In this document: positions 52,510 through 64,000 of the stretch, piece after piece
Numbering within the stretch: position 1 is the first letter of the stretch
Layout of the letters: every line of letters starts with the position of its first letter
Source of the DNA: Octopus vulgaris
Lineage: Eukaryota
DNA length: 64,000 nt
Direction of reading: 5' to 3'
Assembly: GCA_951406725.2 (NCBI GenBank)
Contig: OX597820.1
Span: 10,106,001 to 10,170,000 of the forward strand
Position numbers and translations under genes: made by a program
Notes under the pieces: model-generated
What the model was told of the DNA's origin: nothing
What the model saw: only the letters and a program-made list of their open reading frames with translations
The model's database searches: none

Positions 52510-53414
52510 TATTTGAGTACTCTTTTTTCCACCTTGTTTCACATTTATGTGTTTACTCCGGTATATATATATATGAAACGATCGTAGTGTTTTACTCTTT
52601 ATCTTTTATTAAACTTTTAATACCTTTGATATATATTTAAAATAATATAAATTAATAATTTTATGTATTGGCTTATGTTTTTCATTGTTTGATTTGCTTA
52701 ATAGTGGTTTTATCTCTAATTTAATATAATATATATATATATACACATATGTATATATATGTATATATATATACATATAGATACATATATATACATGTAC
52801 GCACACACATATATACATACACACATACACACATACACTTCAATGACGATAACTGTAAACTGAATTTTAAACTACTACAAAGAGTAGACTTTACACTAAC
52901 GGTAGCAATTCTGCAGCTTCGCACGACTTATCTTCAGTAAAGCAAATATTTTTCTCCAATTGAACAAGTATCGAGAAGGCGTTTAGTTGTCTGTAAACAG
53001 TTAACTCTCGTAAGATCTCAGTTGTGTATCATGCGGAAAGATAAATGGAGACAAGTAAATTAAATCTTGTTGAATTTCGGAGATAGGAGAAGCATATACA
53101 ACGAAATATGAATTCAGAACCCTTGAACTAATAACCAATACGTTATTATTGGAATTATTTTAATAATCTAATTAGCTCACCTTAAGAATTGTTAATGACT
53201 TGTGTATCGACTTTCTTTTCAACGGATGAACGTTAATACATGGGGATTAATTTCCCGAAAGACCTGAAAAACGTTTAGACAGCCTTTGAAATGCTTTACT
53301 CTGGATACCAGGAATCTAAAGAGACAACACATGTTGGTAAAACAGAGGTTAAACCAACGTTATTGAATTGATAAAATCCTTTCATGTGGGTAAGAAAATG
53401 ATAATTAATAAAAG

Positions 53415-53930
53415 GTATCTATCTCCGTTTATCACGGGGCTGGTTAAAAACACAGAAGCAGTGATAAATAAATCAGCGATAAATGAACCATCTCCACGCA
53501 CTTTGTAAATGAAACGGATGCTAGATTCGTTGGCACCAAACTCACGGCTCACAGCAGTAAAGCTTTCATCGCATTTTCTTGATAATCTCTACTTTTTCCT
53601 GTTGAGGGTACGTTCATTTATTAGAATCAAGTGTCTTCGTAGTTTTTCTGCCCACTGGAGACACGATGATTAGTGCAAATACGTAAATACGATTGAAAAA
53701 TAAGCAGCCTCGCAGCACGGTTATGTAAACGGTTATGTAAACACAAGCGATAGTCAGTGCATTCTTGTTGGCTGAGCAGTATGGGGCTCCGTTTTGCGGT
53801 ACAAGCAGAATTTTTGACTAATCGCCGACCCGTGTTTCACAGCTTAATCCGTGAAAAGCGTAGCGTGGTTCACAATTAAGAGTACCGCGAATCAGTTATG
53901 AATGAATCAGTTATAAACGAGGCTGCGTTA
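53415..53930. mobile_element. Possible Tigger/pogo-like MITE, old
   Basis: Ends ccgtttatcacgg... and ...ttataaacgaggctgcg; repeated gYgataaatgaa / tcagttatRaa motifs. Confidence 0.35.
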
Positions 53931-54080
53931 TATTTATGGTAACTTTGTGAGTAGTTAATAATGTATAGAGAAGCTTTTCAATAAATGAGTTAAAAACTTG
54001 AATAAAGCGCTGTGGGTACAGTGTTTACATCAGAAACAATGGTTGTAGTGTTACAAAGTATGCCTTCCTTTCGAGATATA

Positions 54081-54310
54081 TACTCTTTACTCTTTTACTC
54101 TTTTACTCTTTTACTTGTTTCAGTCATTTGATTGCAGCCATGCTGGAGCACCGCCTTTAGTCGAGCAAATCGACCCCAAGTCTTATTCTTTGTAAGCCCA
54201 GTACTTATTCTATCGGTCTCTTTTACCGAACCGCTAGATGACGGGGACATAAACACACCAGCATCGGTTGTCAAGAAATGCTAGGGGGACAAACACACAC
54301 ACACAAACAT

Positions 54311-54343
<33 letters not shown>

Positions 54344-54515
54344 CATATATACGACAGGCTTCTTTCAGTTTCCCTCTACCAAATCCACTCACAAGGCATT
54401 GGTCGGCCCGGGGCTATAGCAGAAGACATTTGCCCAAGATGCCACGCAGTGGGACTGAACCCGGAACCATGTGGTTGGTTAGCAAGCTACTTACCACACA
54501 GCCACTCCAGCGCCT
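54081..54515 (-). mobile_element. SINE family B, full length, (GAGTAAAA)n tail
   Basis: Near-identical to 34601-35050 and 60282-60784. Confidence 0.9.
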
Positions 54516-54560
54516 ATATAGCCACTCCTGCGCCTATATTGCCACTCCTGCGCCTATATA

Positions 54561-54720
54561 TGTTAGAGGATTTATTGGAAGCAGGGTTTCTTTGATGCTC
54601 AGGGGTCTTGGACTAACTGCGAAGGAGAGAAATTATGTTGCCAGAAAATTGTCATAAGCCGCTGATAAAAGCAAGCCATTACATTTAGCTCAAGGGAGAG
54701 GATGAGTGGCTCAGCAAGTT
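54561..54720 (+). pseudogene. HERO/NeSL-like RLE LINE C-terminal remnant (3' UTR probably to ~54940)
   Basis: VRGFIGSRVSLMLRGLGLTAKERNYVARKLS*AADKS resembles CRGFVGxSxxxLLxxLGIxGxxRxxAxxxLSEAAERAS. Confidence 0.55.
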
Positions 54721-54993
54721 CAAGCGATGAGGAGGATGAAACATTTGGCTCAAGAGTCACAACACCTGATTCAACAAAACTCGTGCTGTTGTGCGGGCGT
54801 TCGGTTGGTCGCAGCAGAGGATGACCCTGGAGTGTCTCAGGAGTTGCGGTTGAAGGGAACGAAAGATTTAAAGAGTTGATTTACCGCCCGGTGAGACATC
54901 GGTTCCAGCATACGGAAACGGGGGTCAGCAGCACCTTAATGCGACCTTTACATCGAAGTACCACACACACATCATACTGTAAGGTATAATTTT

Positions 54994-55220
54994 AGGCGGC
55001 GAGCTGGCAGAAACGTTAGCACGCCGGGCGAAATGCGTAGCCGTATTTCGTCTGCCGTTAGGTTCTGAGTTCAAATTCCGCCAAGGCCGACTTGGCCTTT
55101 CATCCTTTCGGGGTCGATAAATTAAGTACCAGTTACGCACTGGGGTCGATGTAATCGACTTAAACCGTTTGTCCTTGTTTGTCCTCTCTGTGTTTAGCCC
55201 CTTGTGGGTAGTAAAGAAAT
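54994..55220 (+). mobile_element. SINE family A monomer
   Basis: TSD aggtataattttag at 54982-54995 and 55221-55234. Confidence 0.9.
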
Positions 55221-55639
55221 AGGTATAATTTTAGTGGGGCTTCGATGAAAAAACACCAGATTAAAAAATGCAGTTCTATAAACCTTTAAATGGCTGATAG
55301 TCACAGTTAGAAAACCTTTGATCGTAGGTCATCTCAATGGAAGTTGATCAGCGAATTAACAACAAGATAGAGACGAGATATACAGTGGAAGCCCAATAAG
55401 CCAATTGGTTTCAACATAATACTATATTTGTGTATCGCTAAAGATCAATACAATTTTAATGCCTTTACAGAGAAGCATATAAGGAACCATTAAAAAATGG
55501 TATGAAGCCAAACGTGGCTGGTATTTACATTCAGTCTCACAGCCAACAAGTCTGTTAAAAGCGTCTATCGTTGTGATTGCATTTATTTCTCATTTTCCAT
55601 GTGTTTGCTGAATTGCTTATTTCTTTTTTCATTTACATA

Positions 55640-55648
55640 CATACGCGA

Positions 55649-55686
<38 letters not shown>

Positions 55687-55747
55687 ATGTAAATATATAT
55701 GTATATATGTATATTTATATATATATTTATATGTATATATACATACA

Positions 55748-55780
<33 letters not shown>

Positions 55781-56290
55781 GAATATATACATATATATGT
55801 ATATATATATACATATATGTATATATACATATATAAGTATATATACATACATATATGTATATATACATATATATATGTATATATACCTATATATGTATAT
55901 ATACATGTATGTATGTATATACACATATACATGTATATATACATATATAGGCATATATACATATATATATGTATATATACATATATGTATGTATATATAC
56001 TTATATATGTATATATACATATATGAATGTATATATACATATATATGTATATATACATATATGTATGTATATATATACATATATATGTATATACATACAT
56101 ATATGTATATATATGTATAAATACATAAAATGTATGTATATATATATGTATATATACATACTTATAAACATACGTACACACATACACACACACACATATA
56201 TATATGTGCATATATATAAAAATATATATAAGCACATGTATATACATATGAATATATATATAAATATATATATAAATATGTATGAATGTA
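55640..56290. repeat. Degenerate TA/TACA/TATG array
   Basis: Direct reading. Confidence 0.95.
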
Positions 56291-56491
56291 TTTAATGTAT
56301 ATTTTTTGTAAATTTTTCGTTCGGTTTTCATTCTTTTCCTTTATTATTTTTGTTTGTTTTTTTACTTTACCGAGAGATCGATAAAAGGGTTATTCGGCCA
56401 AATTCGTTTTTGAATGAGTGTCAAGAATATAGAGCGAGAGAATAGATAGGGCTAAATATATTCTATTGCAGTACAGGCCTCCGCACAAGCG

Positions 56492-56635
<144 letters not shown>

Positions 56636-57568
56636 CAGTAGTTAATTCACCTGTAAATACATGACATGAATACTCTTATAAGCATTTACACATACATTTA
56701 TATGTACACATATATACATTTATACATATACATTTATATACATATATATATATATATACACATACACATGTGTATGAAGATTTCTTTTCCTTTTTTACTT
56801 GTATATATATACATAACGGCATACATACATACACACACACACACACACGCTCACACAAACATACATACAGAGACACACACAAACACACGGAAACCGATAC
56901 TCAGACACACACACACACATATTCATGTTTTGAGTTTTATGTTTGCTGCTCGCATCGCCAAACCTACATTAATACACACACACACACAAATACACACACA
57001 AAAACACACACAGACAAATACACACATACACACTCACACATATATATAATATAACTAACGAAGCAGTTTCTTGTTGGTGCTTGATAAAAACACCTGACAG
57101 AACTCGTTCCAAGTCTGTCTCAAATCAACACATATCCTTATACACACGCACATATATATATATATATATATATACATAAATGTATTTTCCACTGACACAG
57201 ATACATTTATACGTGGTATTAGGTATAATAAGATAAAATTGCATGTAAACTAATTACTTTTAGAAAACATGTGTTGCAGCAAATCTCTTCATACCCGGAA
57301 TTAACACTCCAAAACATCGTTCCAGACAGCTGCCTATATCTATGTGTTCGGTGCCAAATACACGTCGGCTCTCACAGCTAATCATACTCTTCCACGCATG
57401 CCCGCGCACACATACACTTAGGCAGTATATGTATAGAGGTAGGCATGTCTGGCTGTGAGGTTAAGAAACTCGCTTTGTAACGACGTGGCTTCGGGTTCAA
57501 TCCCTCTGCACGGTACGTACCTTGTATAATGACATGTAGTATAACCTCAGCTTTTCTAATTCTTTGTA

Positions 57569-57900
57569 CCGTAAATCCTCGAGTATAGTCCGTCCTTAAG
57601 TATAATACGCAGGAGATTTTTAGTGGGGGGCTGTACCTATGAAAAACCTAAACCTTGTGTATAATACGCATCCCATCTCTAACTTGAGTCATGGAGGTCT
57701 ATATACCGTCCTTGGTTTGTTAAAATGTATACGATAACGTCCTTTATTATTATTGTATATATAAAATCATGCAAATCTGTAGCTTTTTTGTGCATTTTGT
57801 TTGCAGAAAATAAAGAAATAACAGTAATAACGTTTAATAAATGTTGCTTACTGCAAGTTATGGATGATTCTTTTATGACTTCATTGCTTTCAGGCTTAGC
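57569..57900. mobile_element. pogo/Tc2-like transposon end
   Basis: TA|ccgtaaatcctcgagtatagtccg, with repeated gtataatacgca motifs (57600, 57658); other end not found. Confidence 0.45.
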
Positions 57901-58862
57901 TTAAGGTATTTTCACGCCCGACATCACAAAATGCGTCTGAATAAACATTGCCGGACAGCAAATAGAGACTCGGGCATTGCTTAGAAAATAATTACCTGTG
58001 AATTTGCGTGTGTAATCTGGGAATGCATGCAAATAGCTTCTCTGCCCTAGGTGTACGGAAAACACTCGGCGAGAAATCGAAGAAAATTTGAAGAAAGAAG
58101 GAAAAAAAAGTAATAATAATGATAATAATTCTTTCTTTATTAGCCGCAAAAGTATCGAAAAATATTTAGGATAATACAAAACAAGCGTGTAAATATTAAT
58201 CATAAAAACAACACACATACACAGAGAAAAAAGAAACAGACAAAAACTCTAACAGCAAAATTCCCCATTTCTGGGGAAACGCCACAGTTTTTATCCAGCT
58301 GAAAGATTACGTACGACCTCCCACGTTGGCTGTTTCTGCTGAACAGAAACTCATACTTATAAAGAATACATTTCGTTTATAATAAAAATATTTATTATAT
58401 TTTTTTTCTCTCAGAAATGTAATTCTTCTGTAGAAACATTACTGAAATAATAGGCAAGACTCGTTGCACGAAGCAAAAAATACTCTAATCTCCAGTTACC
58501 TGACTATGAACAGGTAGAAAAGAGCGGAAACGATTAACTGGTAATTTGATTACATATAAATTATTTTCTGGTATTACATGAAATGAGAATATTAAATATA
58601 GGATATCTTACAGTCGAAGTTTCATATCTATGAAATACAATACGCAATGAAGTATAAAGTATGTATTCTCTGTAATAGAAGACATCCGCGTAATGGAGGT
58701 ATATTCGACGAATGAAAGTTCAGCAAGACGCAGTTTCACGGTGTCCTTAGATCAGTGTTTTGTCGTCTCATCGCCCCTGGACATATGAAGAAAATGTTAT
58801 GATGTTGGTGTTGCCGTTGGCTGAACAACCTGAACGATGGATATTATTATAATGCGTGCGTG

Positions 58863-59262
58863 AAGGCGGCGAGCTAGCAGAAACCCTAGCACGCCGGGCG
58901 AAATGCGTAGCCGTATTTCGTCTGCCGTTACGTTCTGAGTTCCATATTCCGCCGAGGTCGACTTTTCCTTTCATCCTTTCGGGGTCGATAAACTAGGTAC
59001 AATTTACGCACTGGGGTTGATGTAATCGACTCAATCCGTTTGTCTATCCTTGTTTGTCCCTTCTGTGTTTAGCCCCTGGTAGGTAGTAAAGAAATAGGTA
59101 TTTCGTCTGTCTTTATGTTATGAGTTCAAATTCTGCCGAGTTCGACTTTGCGTTTCATCCTTTCAGGGTCGATAAATTAAGTACTAGTTTCATACTGGGG
59201 TCGATCTAATCGATTGGCTCCCTCCCACAAAATTTCGGGCCTTGTGCCTTTAGAAGAAAAGC
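58863..59262 (+). mobile_element. SINE family A dimer
   Basis: Head + body + tail1, junction gaaataggtatttcgtctg (59091-59109), body + tail2 (..aaatttcgggccttgtgcct). Confidence 0.85.
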
Positions 59263-59276
59263 ATATAATGCTTATG

Positions 59277-59593
59277 AGAAGATGCTGGCTCAGTGATTAT
59301 GGTATTCGGTTCACGATCGGAAGGTTGTGAGTTCGATTCCCGGTGTTGCGTTGTGTCCTTGGACAAAATATTTTATTTCGTGTTGCTGCAGTCCACTCAG
59401 CTGGCAAAAATGAGTTGTACGTTTAATTCTAAAGGCCAGTCATGTCACATTCTGTGTCACGCTAAATCTCCTTGAAAACTACGTTAAGGGTATACAATGT
59501 CTATGGAATACTCGGCCACTAATTTGACAACCATAATGTTCCGTTGATCGGATCGATTGGAACCCTCCTCGCTGCAATCGACGGTTTGCCAGT
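59277..59593 (+). mobile_element. SINE with family-E head and an alternative tail
   Basis: tggctcagtgatta...cACGatcggaaggttgtgagttcgattccc...gtgtccttggacaaa; tail matches 11627-11800. Confidence 0.75.
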
Positions 59594-59714
59594 TTAAAGT
59601 GGGTATGCTTTGTGCAGGGGCAATCTCACTTTCTTGCCCTTCAAACTTGTATTCATCTGGTGCAACGTGAGCCTCGATCTCGGTAATTATAAGAATGCAG
59701 GACTTGAGAAGCTA

Positions 59715-59936
59715 AGGAGCTGAAGGGCATCATTTGTCCTGGTTCAGTTGGGTGTGTCTATGGGTCACAATCTTCGAGAGGCATTTCCGTGGCATGATAA
59801 TTAACCCATAGGTAGGGCCATGAGAGAAGCTAAAGAGCCTCATCTATCCTGCTTCCATTGGGTGCGCTTGTGGGTAACATTCTTCTAGAGGCAATTTCGT
59901 GACATGCTAATTAACGCACAGGTAGGGCTATGAGAG
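59715..59936. repeat. Diverged 110-bp tandem duplication
   Basis: ttgggtg at 59748 and 59858; taattaacScaYaggtagggcYatgaga occurs twice. Confidence 0.8.
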
Positions 59937-60032
59937 GTGTTACTATTCCGGGTCAGAGTAGACCAGGGAATAATAATGGATCCCCAACCACCAGGCCGCA
60001 GACCATCATCGCACCAAACAGGGAGAATAAAT

Positions 60033-60235
60033 ATTGATTTCAAATTTTGTCACAAAGCCAGCAACTTCGGAGGAGAGGGTAAGTCGATTATATCGACCCA
60101 AGTGTTCAACTGACATTTATTTTATCGACCTCGGAGTGATGAAAAGCTAAGTCGGCCTCGGCGGAATTTGAATCGAAAAGGTGAAAACAGACGAAATGCA
60201 GTTAAGTGTTAACGTTCCTGGCAGCTCATCGCCCT
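60033..60235 (-). mobile_element. SINE family A, tail type 2, diverged
   Basis: cacaaagccagcaa...aagtcgattatatcgaccc...ctcggcggaatttgaa...ggcagctcatcgcc. Confidence 0.7.
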
Positions 60236-60281
60236 AGAAAGAATGGGTATTAAAATCTTATTTCTATTTTAATTACTATTA

Positions 60282-60458
60282 AGGCGTAGGAGTGGCTGTG
60301 TGATAAGTAGTTTGCTCACCAACCACATGGTTCTGGGTTCAGTCCCACTGCGTGGTACCTTGGGCAAGTGTCTTCTACTATTGCCTCGGGCCGACCAAAG
60401 CCTTGTGAGTGAATTCAGTAGACGGAAACTGAAAGAAGCCCATCGAATATAAGTATAA

Positions 60459-60527
<69 letters not shown>

Positions 60528-60784
60528 CATATATATGTATGTGTGTGTATATGTGTTTGTGTGTCTGTGTTTGTCCCCCCAACATCGCTTGACAACCGAT
60601 GCTGGTGTGTTTACATCCCCCTAACTTAGCGGTTCGGCAAAAGAAACCGATAGAATAAGTACTAGGCTTACAAAGAATAATTCCCGGGGTCGATTTGCTC
60701 GACTAAAGGCGGTGCTCCAGCATGGCCGCAGTCAAATGACTGAAACAAGTAAAAGTGTAAAAGAGTAAAAGAGTAAAGAGAGTA
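60282..60784 (+). mobile_element. SINE family B, full length
   Basis: aggcgtaggagtggctgtgtg...gggttcagtccc...(TA)n(TG)n...gactgaaacaagtaaaa(gagtaaaa)n. Confidence 0.9.
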
Positions 60785-61405
60785 TTATATTCTGCAGAGT
60801 ATTTTTGACTTATGTATGTGCTAAATACGCAATATATACATGTAATAAATAAGTTATATATTATTGTGTTTCGTTATGCGCATGTCTCCCGAACCATGGG
60901 AAAATTGTCTGTCATGAAACCTGTAGCGCAAAAATATTTGGGGACCTCTAGTCTCAGCAGTACAGATAGCAACCAAACCTCCCTCAAATTACAAAATACT
61001 GTCTTAAATCGGATAAAACTGACAGGATAGTCACGGTTGTAATGTATTTTGATCATATGACTGAACCACAAAGTCATATATTCGATTAAACAACAACAAC
61101 AATTACAACGATGGCAAGAGAAAGAAATTGTGAAATCGTTCATCAAAACCAGACATTTTTTTTTCTCTTCTTAATGACGAACCTTTGGGAAAAATACCGT
61201 GGCTATTTATGTCATTAAAATATAACAATATTGCAAAAAAATAAATTCTGTTGCATTCGTCTCGCTATTATTTCAAAGCAAACGGAGCTGAAAGCAAGAC
61301 AACCACGACAACAACAAAAAAAAAAAAAAAAAAAAAATGAAAAATAATGTAAAAAGCAAACAAAACTTAACGAACGGAAACAATGTTTTTTTTCTATACT
61401 TTGAA

Positions 61406-61577
61406 AATAATAATAATGATGATGATGATGATGATGATGACGACGCCGACGTCGACGACGACGACGACGACGACGATGATGATGATGATGATGATGATAA
61501 TAATAATAATAATAATAATGATGATGATGATAATAATAATAATAATAATAATAATCATAATAATAATAATAATAATC

Positions 61578-61630
<53 letters not shown>
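61406..61630. repeat. Compound AAT-GAT-GAC-GAT-AAT array
   Basis: Direct reading. Confidence 0.95.
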
Positions 61631-61631
<1 letters not shown>

Positions 61632-62825
61632 GTGCATTTCCGGCTGTTTTACTGCAGTTGATGTCAGAGTGTTTGCCTTTCATTAATAAGTACATTGAAA
61701 TTGGAATTATGCCACATCATTCTTCTGAAAAGCCTTCTGTTGTACAACTAACTACTGATTACACACACACACGTACACACACACACACACACACAACACA
61801 CAAAAAACACACACATAGAGAACACACACGCACACATGCGCAAACGAACTAAAAAATATCGACAATTATTGAAGAGGCAACTGGAAGCTATCCGTGAAAC
61901 TGGTCTCGCATATTTTTGTTTGGTTTCATTTTATATTTTACTGCAGCAGTTTATCACAGACGGCAGTAGTTTCCTTCTTCACAATACACCTGTCCTACCA
62001 CTTCCTTTTCCAAAAGTAGACAATTGTTATTATTCCTCGACATTAACATACATAATACTGTTGATGGTGAAACTACAAGAGCGGAATTGATGTCAAAATA
62101 AAATGTCTGATGTTAAATACTTGTATAGTTATCTATGCATTTATTTTCCAATTTGTTTGCAGATTCAACCTGTTGTTCTCCTTTCTATCAGCTCTTTATT
62201 CCTAAATAGAATTATAAATGTCGGTATATTTCCAAAAATTATTATATAATTGCATAAGCGTGCAAAACTCGCCAGAGAATGGTACGAACCTCAAATCAGA
62301 CGCAGTTTCTGATACAGAATCACCAGGGGTCTACTATTATTCTATGGTATCCGTGGTATTTAAATAACAGTTCCTCTTAACTTAGCACAATGACACTATA
62401 TTTTAAACAGCAGACATGGATCCCGTCAGCTCTTTAGCTGTTCCATACAAATCCTTCATCTTGATAACTGCTGCGCTTGTGGCCCATGTTACACTAGACT
62501 AATACATGTCTAAAGGACGAGAGAGTAGGATGAACTCTGTACAAATCATATCCACAATAATAGTAAACTTCTGTCGCCTTGTGGTATAATTTATTGAGCA
62601 TTTCGAAAACGGCTGAGGGACTAAGGTCCTGCAGAAAACTCTAGAATGGGGTCCTAAGTCAGATAACTAATAGATGGCATCCTCTGTGACTCAATGGATG
62701 CTGCAAACGTATAACTTGTCTTTCCTTCGTGGTGTATCTATGAGTAGAGACGGGGTAAGTGGACTTAGGACTAGGTACTTGCTTATGAAAACAATTCCGG
62801 TACAGTAGCGGTTTCGACTCAGCAA

Positions 62826-63095
62826 TACCAGTTACGCACTGGGGTCGATGTAATCGACTTAATCCGTTTGTCTGTCCTTGTTTATCATCTCTATGCTTAG
62901 CCCCTTGTGGGCAATGAAGAAATAAGAACTGTTAACACGCCGGGCGAACAGCTTAGCAGTATTTCCTCAGTCTTTACATTTGCCTTTCATCCTTTCGGGA
63001 TCGATAAATTAAGCACAAGTTTCGTAGTGGGGTCGATCTAATCGACTGGCCCCTCCCCCAAAATTACGGGCTTTGTACCTAGAGTAGAAAAGAAT
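62826..63095 (+). mobile_element. SINE family A dimer, 5'-truncated, with a different junction
   Basis: tail1 ..gaagaaata|agaactgttaacacgccgggcg.. then tail2. Confidence 0.75.
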
Positions 63096-63533
63096 ATATG
63101 TCATCTGTTCATAGACTTAAAAGTTAAAAGGTATGCTTGCAAAGATGGTAAAATTAACACATTCTTGATGTTCCTAAAAGAATTATATTAGACAGGATTT
63201 TCGCAAAGCAAGGCGCTGACTTTATCAATAGGACTCATCTACCTGTAATTAACCCTTTCCCAGTCTAAAACATTTTCATAAACGTCCATGCTTGTTTTCA
63301 GCCTTTTAGTTAATCCTTCTTTCATAGGTTCTGAATAATATAAAGCTTTCCTTTCAGAAGTCCCAAGTTATTCTGGTGTTTGAAAAAAAAATTGGGAGTG
63401 TATATGGTGTATGATATATGGACGGCAGGGCAATATGTCCTGTGTGTCCCAAGTGATACATGAGACAGGCAAAAACTTAAGTAGACGAAATAGCTGGAGC
63501 GGAGAAATGCATTTTGATATTTGATTTCGTAGT

Positions 63534-63933
63534 AAGGCAGCGAGCTGGCATAATCGTTAGCACGCCGGGCAAAATGCTTAGCGGTATTTCGTCTGCCGTT
63601 ACGTTGTAAGTTCAAATTCCGCCGAGGTCGACTTTGCTTTTCATCCTTTCGGGGTCGATAAATTAAGTACCAGTTACGCACTGGGGTCGATGTAATAGGC
63701 TTAATCCGTTTGTCAGTCCTTGTTTGTTCACTCTATGTTTAGCCCCATGTGGGTTGTAAAGAAATAGGTATTTCGTCTGGGTTTACGTTCTGAGCTCGAA
63801 TTTTGCCGAGGTCGCCTTTGCCTGTCATCTTTTCGAGGTAGATAAAATAAGTACCAGTTGAGTACTAGAGTTGATGTAACCGACTTACCTCGTCCCCTAA
63901 AACTGGTGGTTTTGTGCCCAAATTAGAAACCAT
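63534..63933 (+). mobile_element. SINE family A dimer
   Basis: Junction gaaataggtatttcgtctg at 63761; flanks tatttgatYtcgt. Confidence 0.85.
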
Positions 63934-64000
63934 TATTTGATCTCGTCATCTGCCCTTGATTCGAATCCCATCAGGGTCAACTTAGCTTTGCGAAACAATT

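Overview
AT-rich eukaryotic, apparently intronic or intergenic DNA saturated with microsatellites ((TA)n, (CA)n, (TATC)n, (TACA)n, (TAA)n, (TTC)n) and transposable-element debris. The repeat complement strongly resembles a coleoid cephalopod (Octopus-like) genome; this is inferred, not proven. I found no intact host gene, rRNA, true tRNA or CRISPR array, and almost all ORFs in the supplied track are translations of simple repeats. Recognisable content: four tRNA-headed SINE families (called A, B, C, E here; about 45 copies or fragments); decayed LINE fragments (RTE, RTE-BovB, CR1, Dong/R4, HERO-like, a Tx1/L1 3' end inside (TATC)n); a Penelope-like GIY-YIG fragment and pLTR-like repeats with minimal hammerhead-like motifs; DNA transposon relics (two Tc1 deletion derivatives, two mariners, a DD37D/maT, pogo/Tigger-like ends); and two Helitrons, one with a PIF1 helicase remnant. 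The most unusual signal is a set of about 9 short non-coding fold-back elements. Some have a fixed 'tail + long hairpin' architecture, ~12-bp target-site duplications, a flipped loop and a shared structured core. TE family names come from recalled motifs, not database searches.
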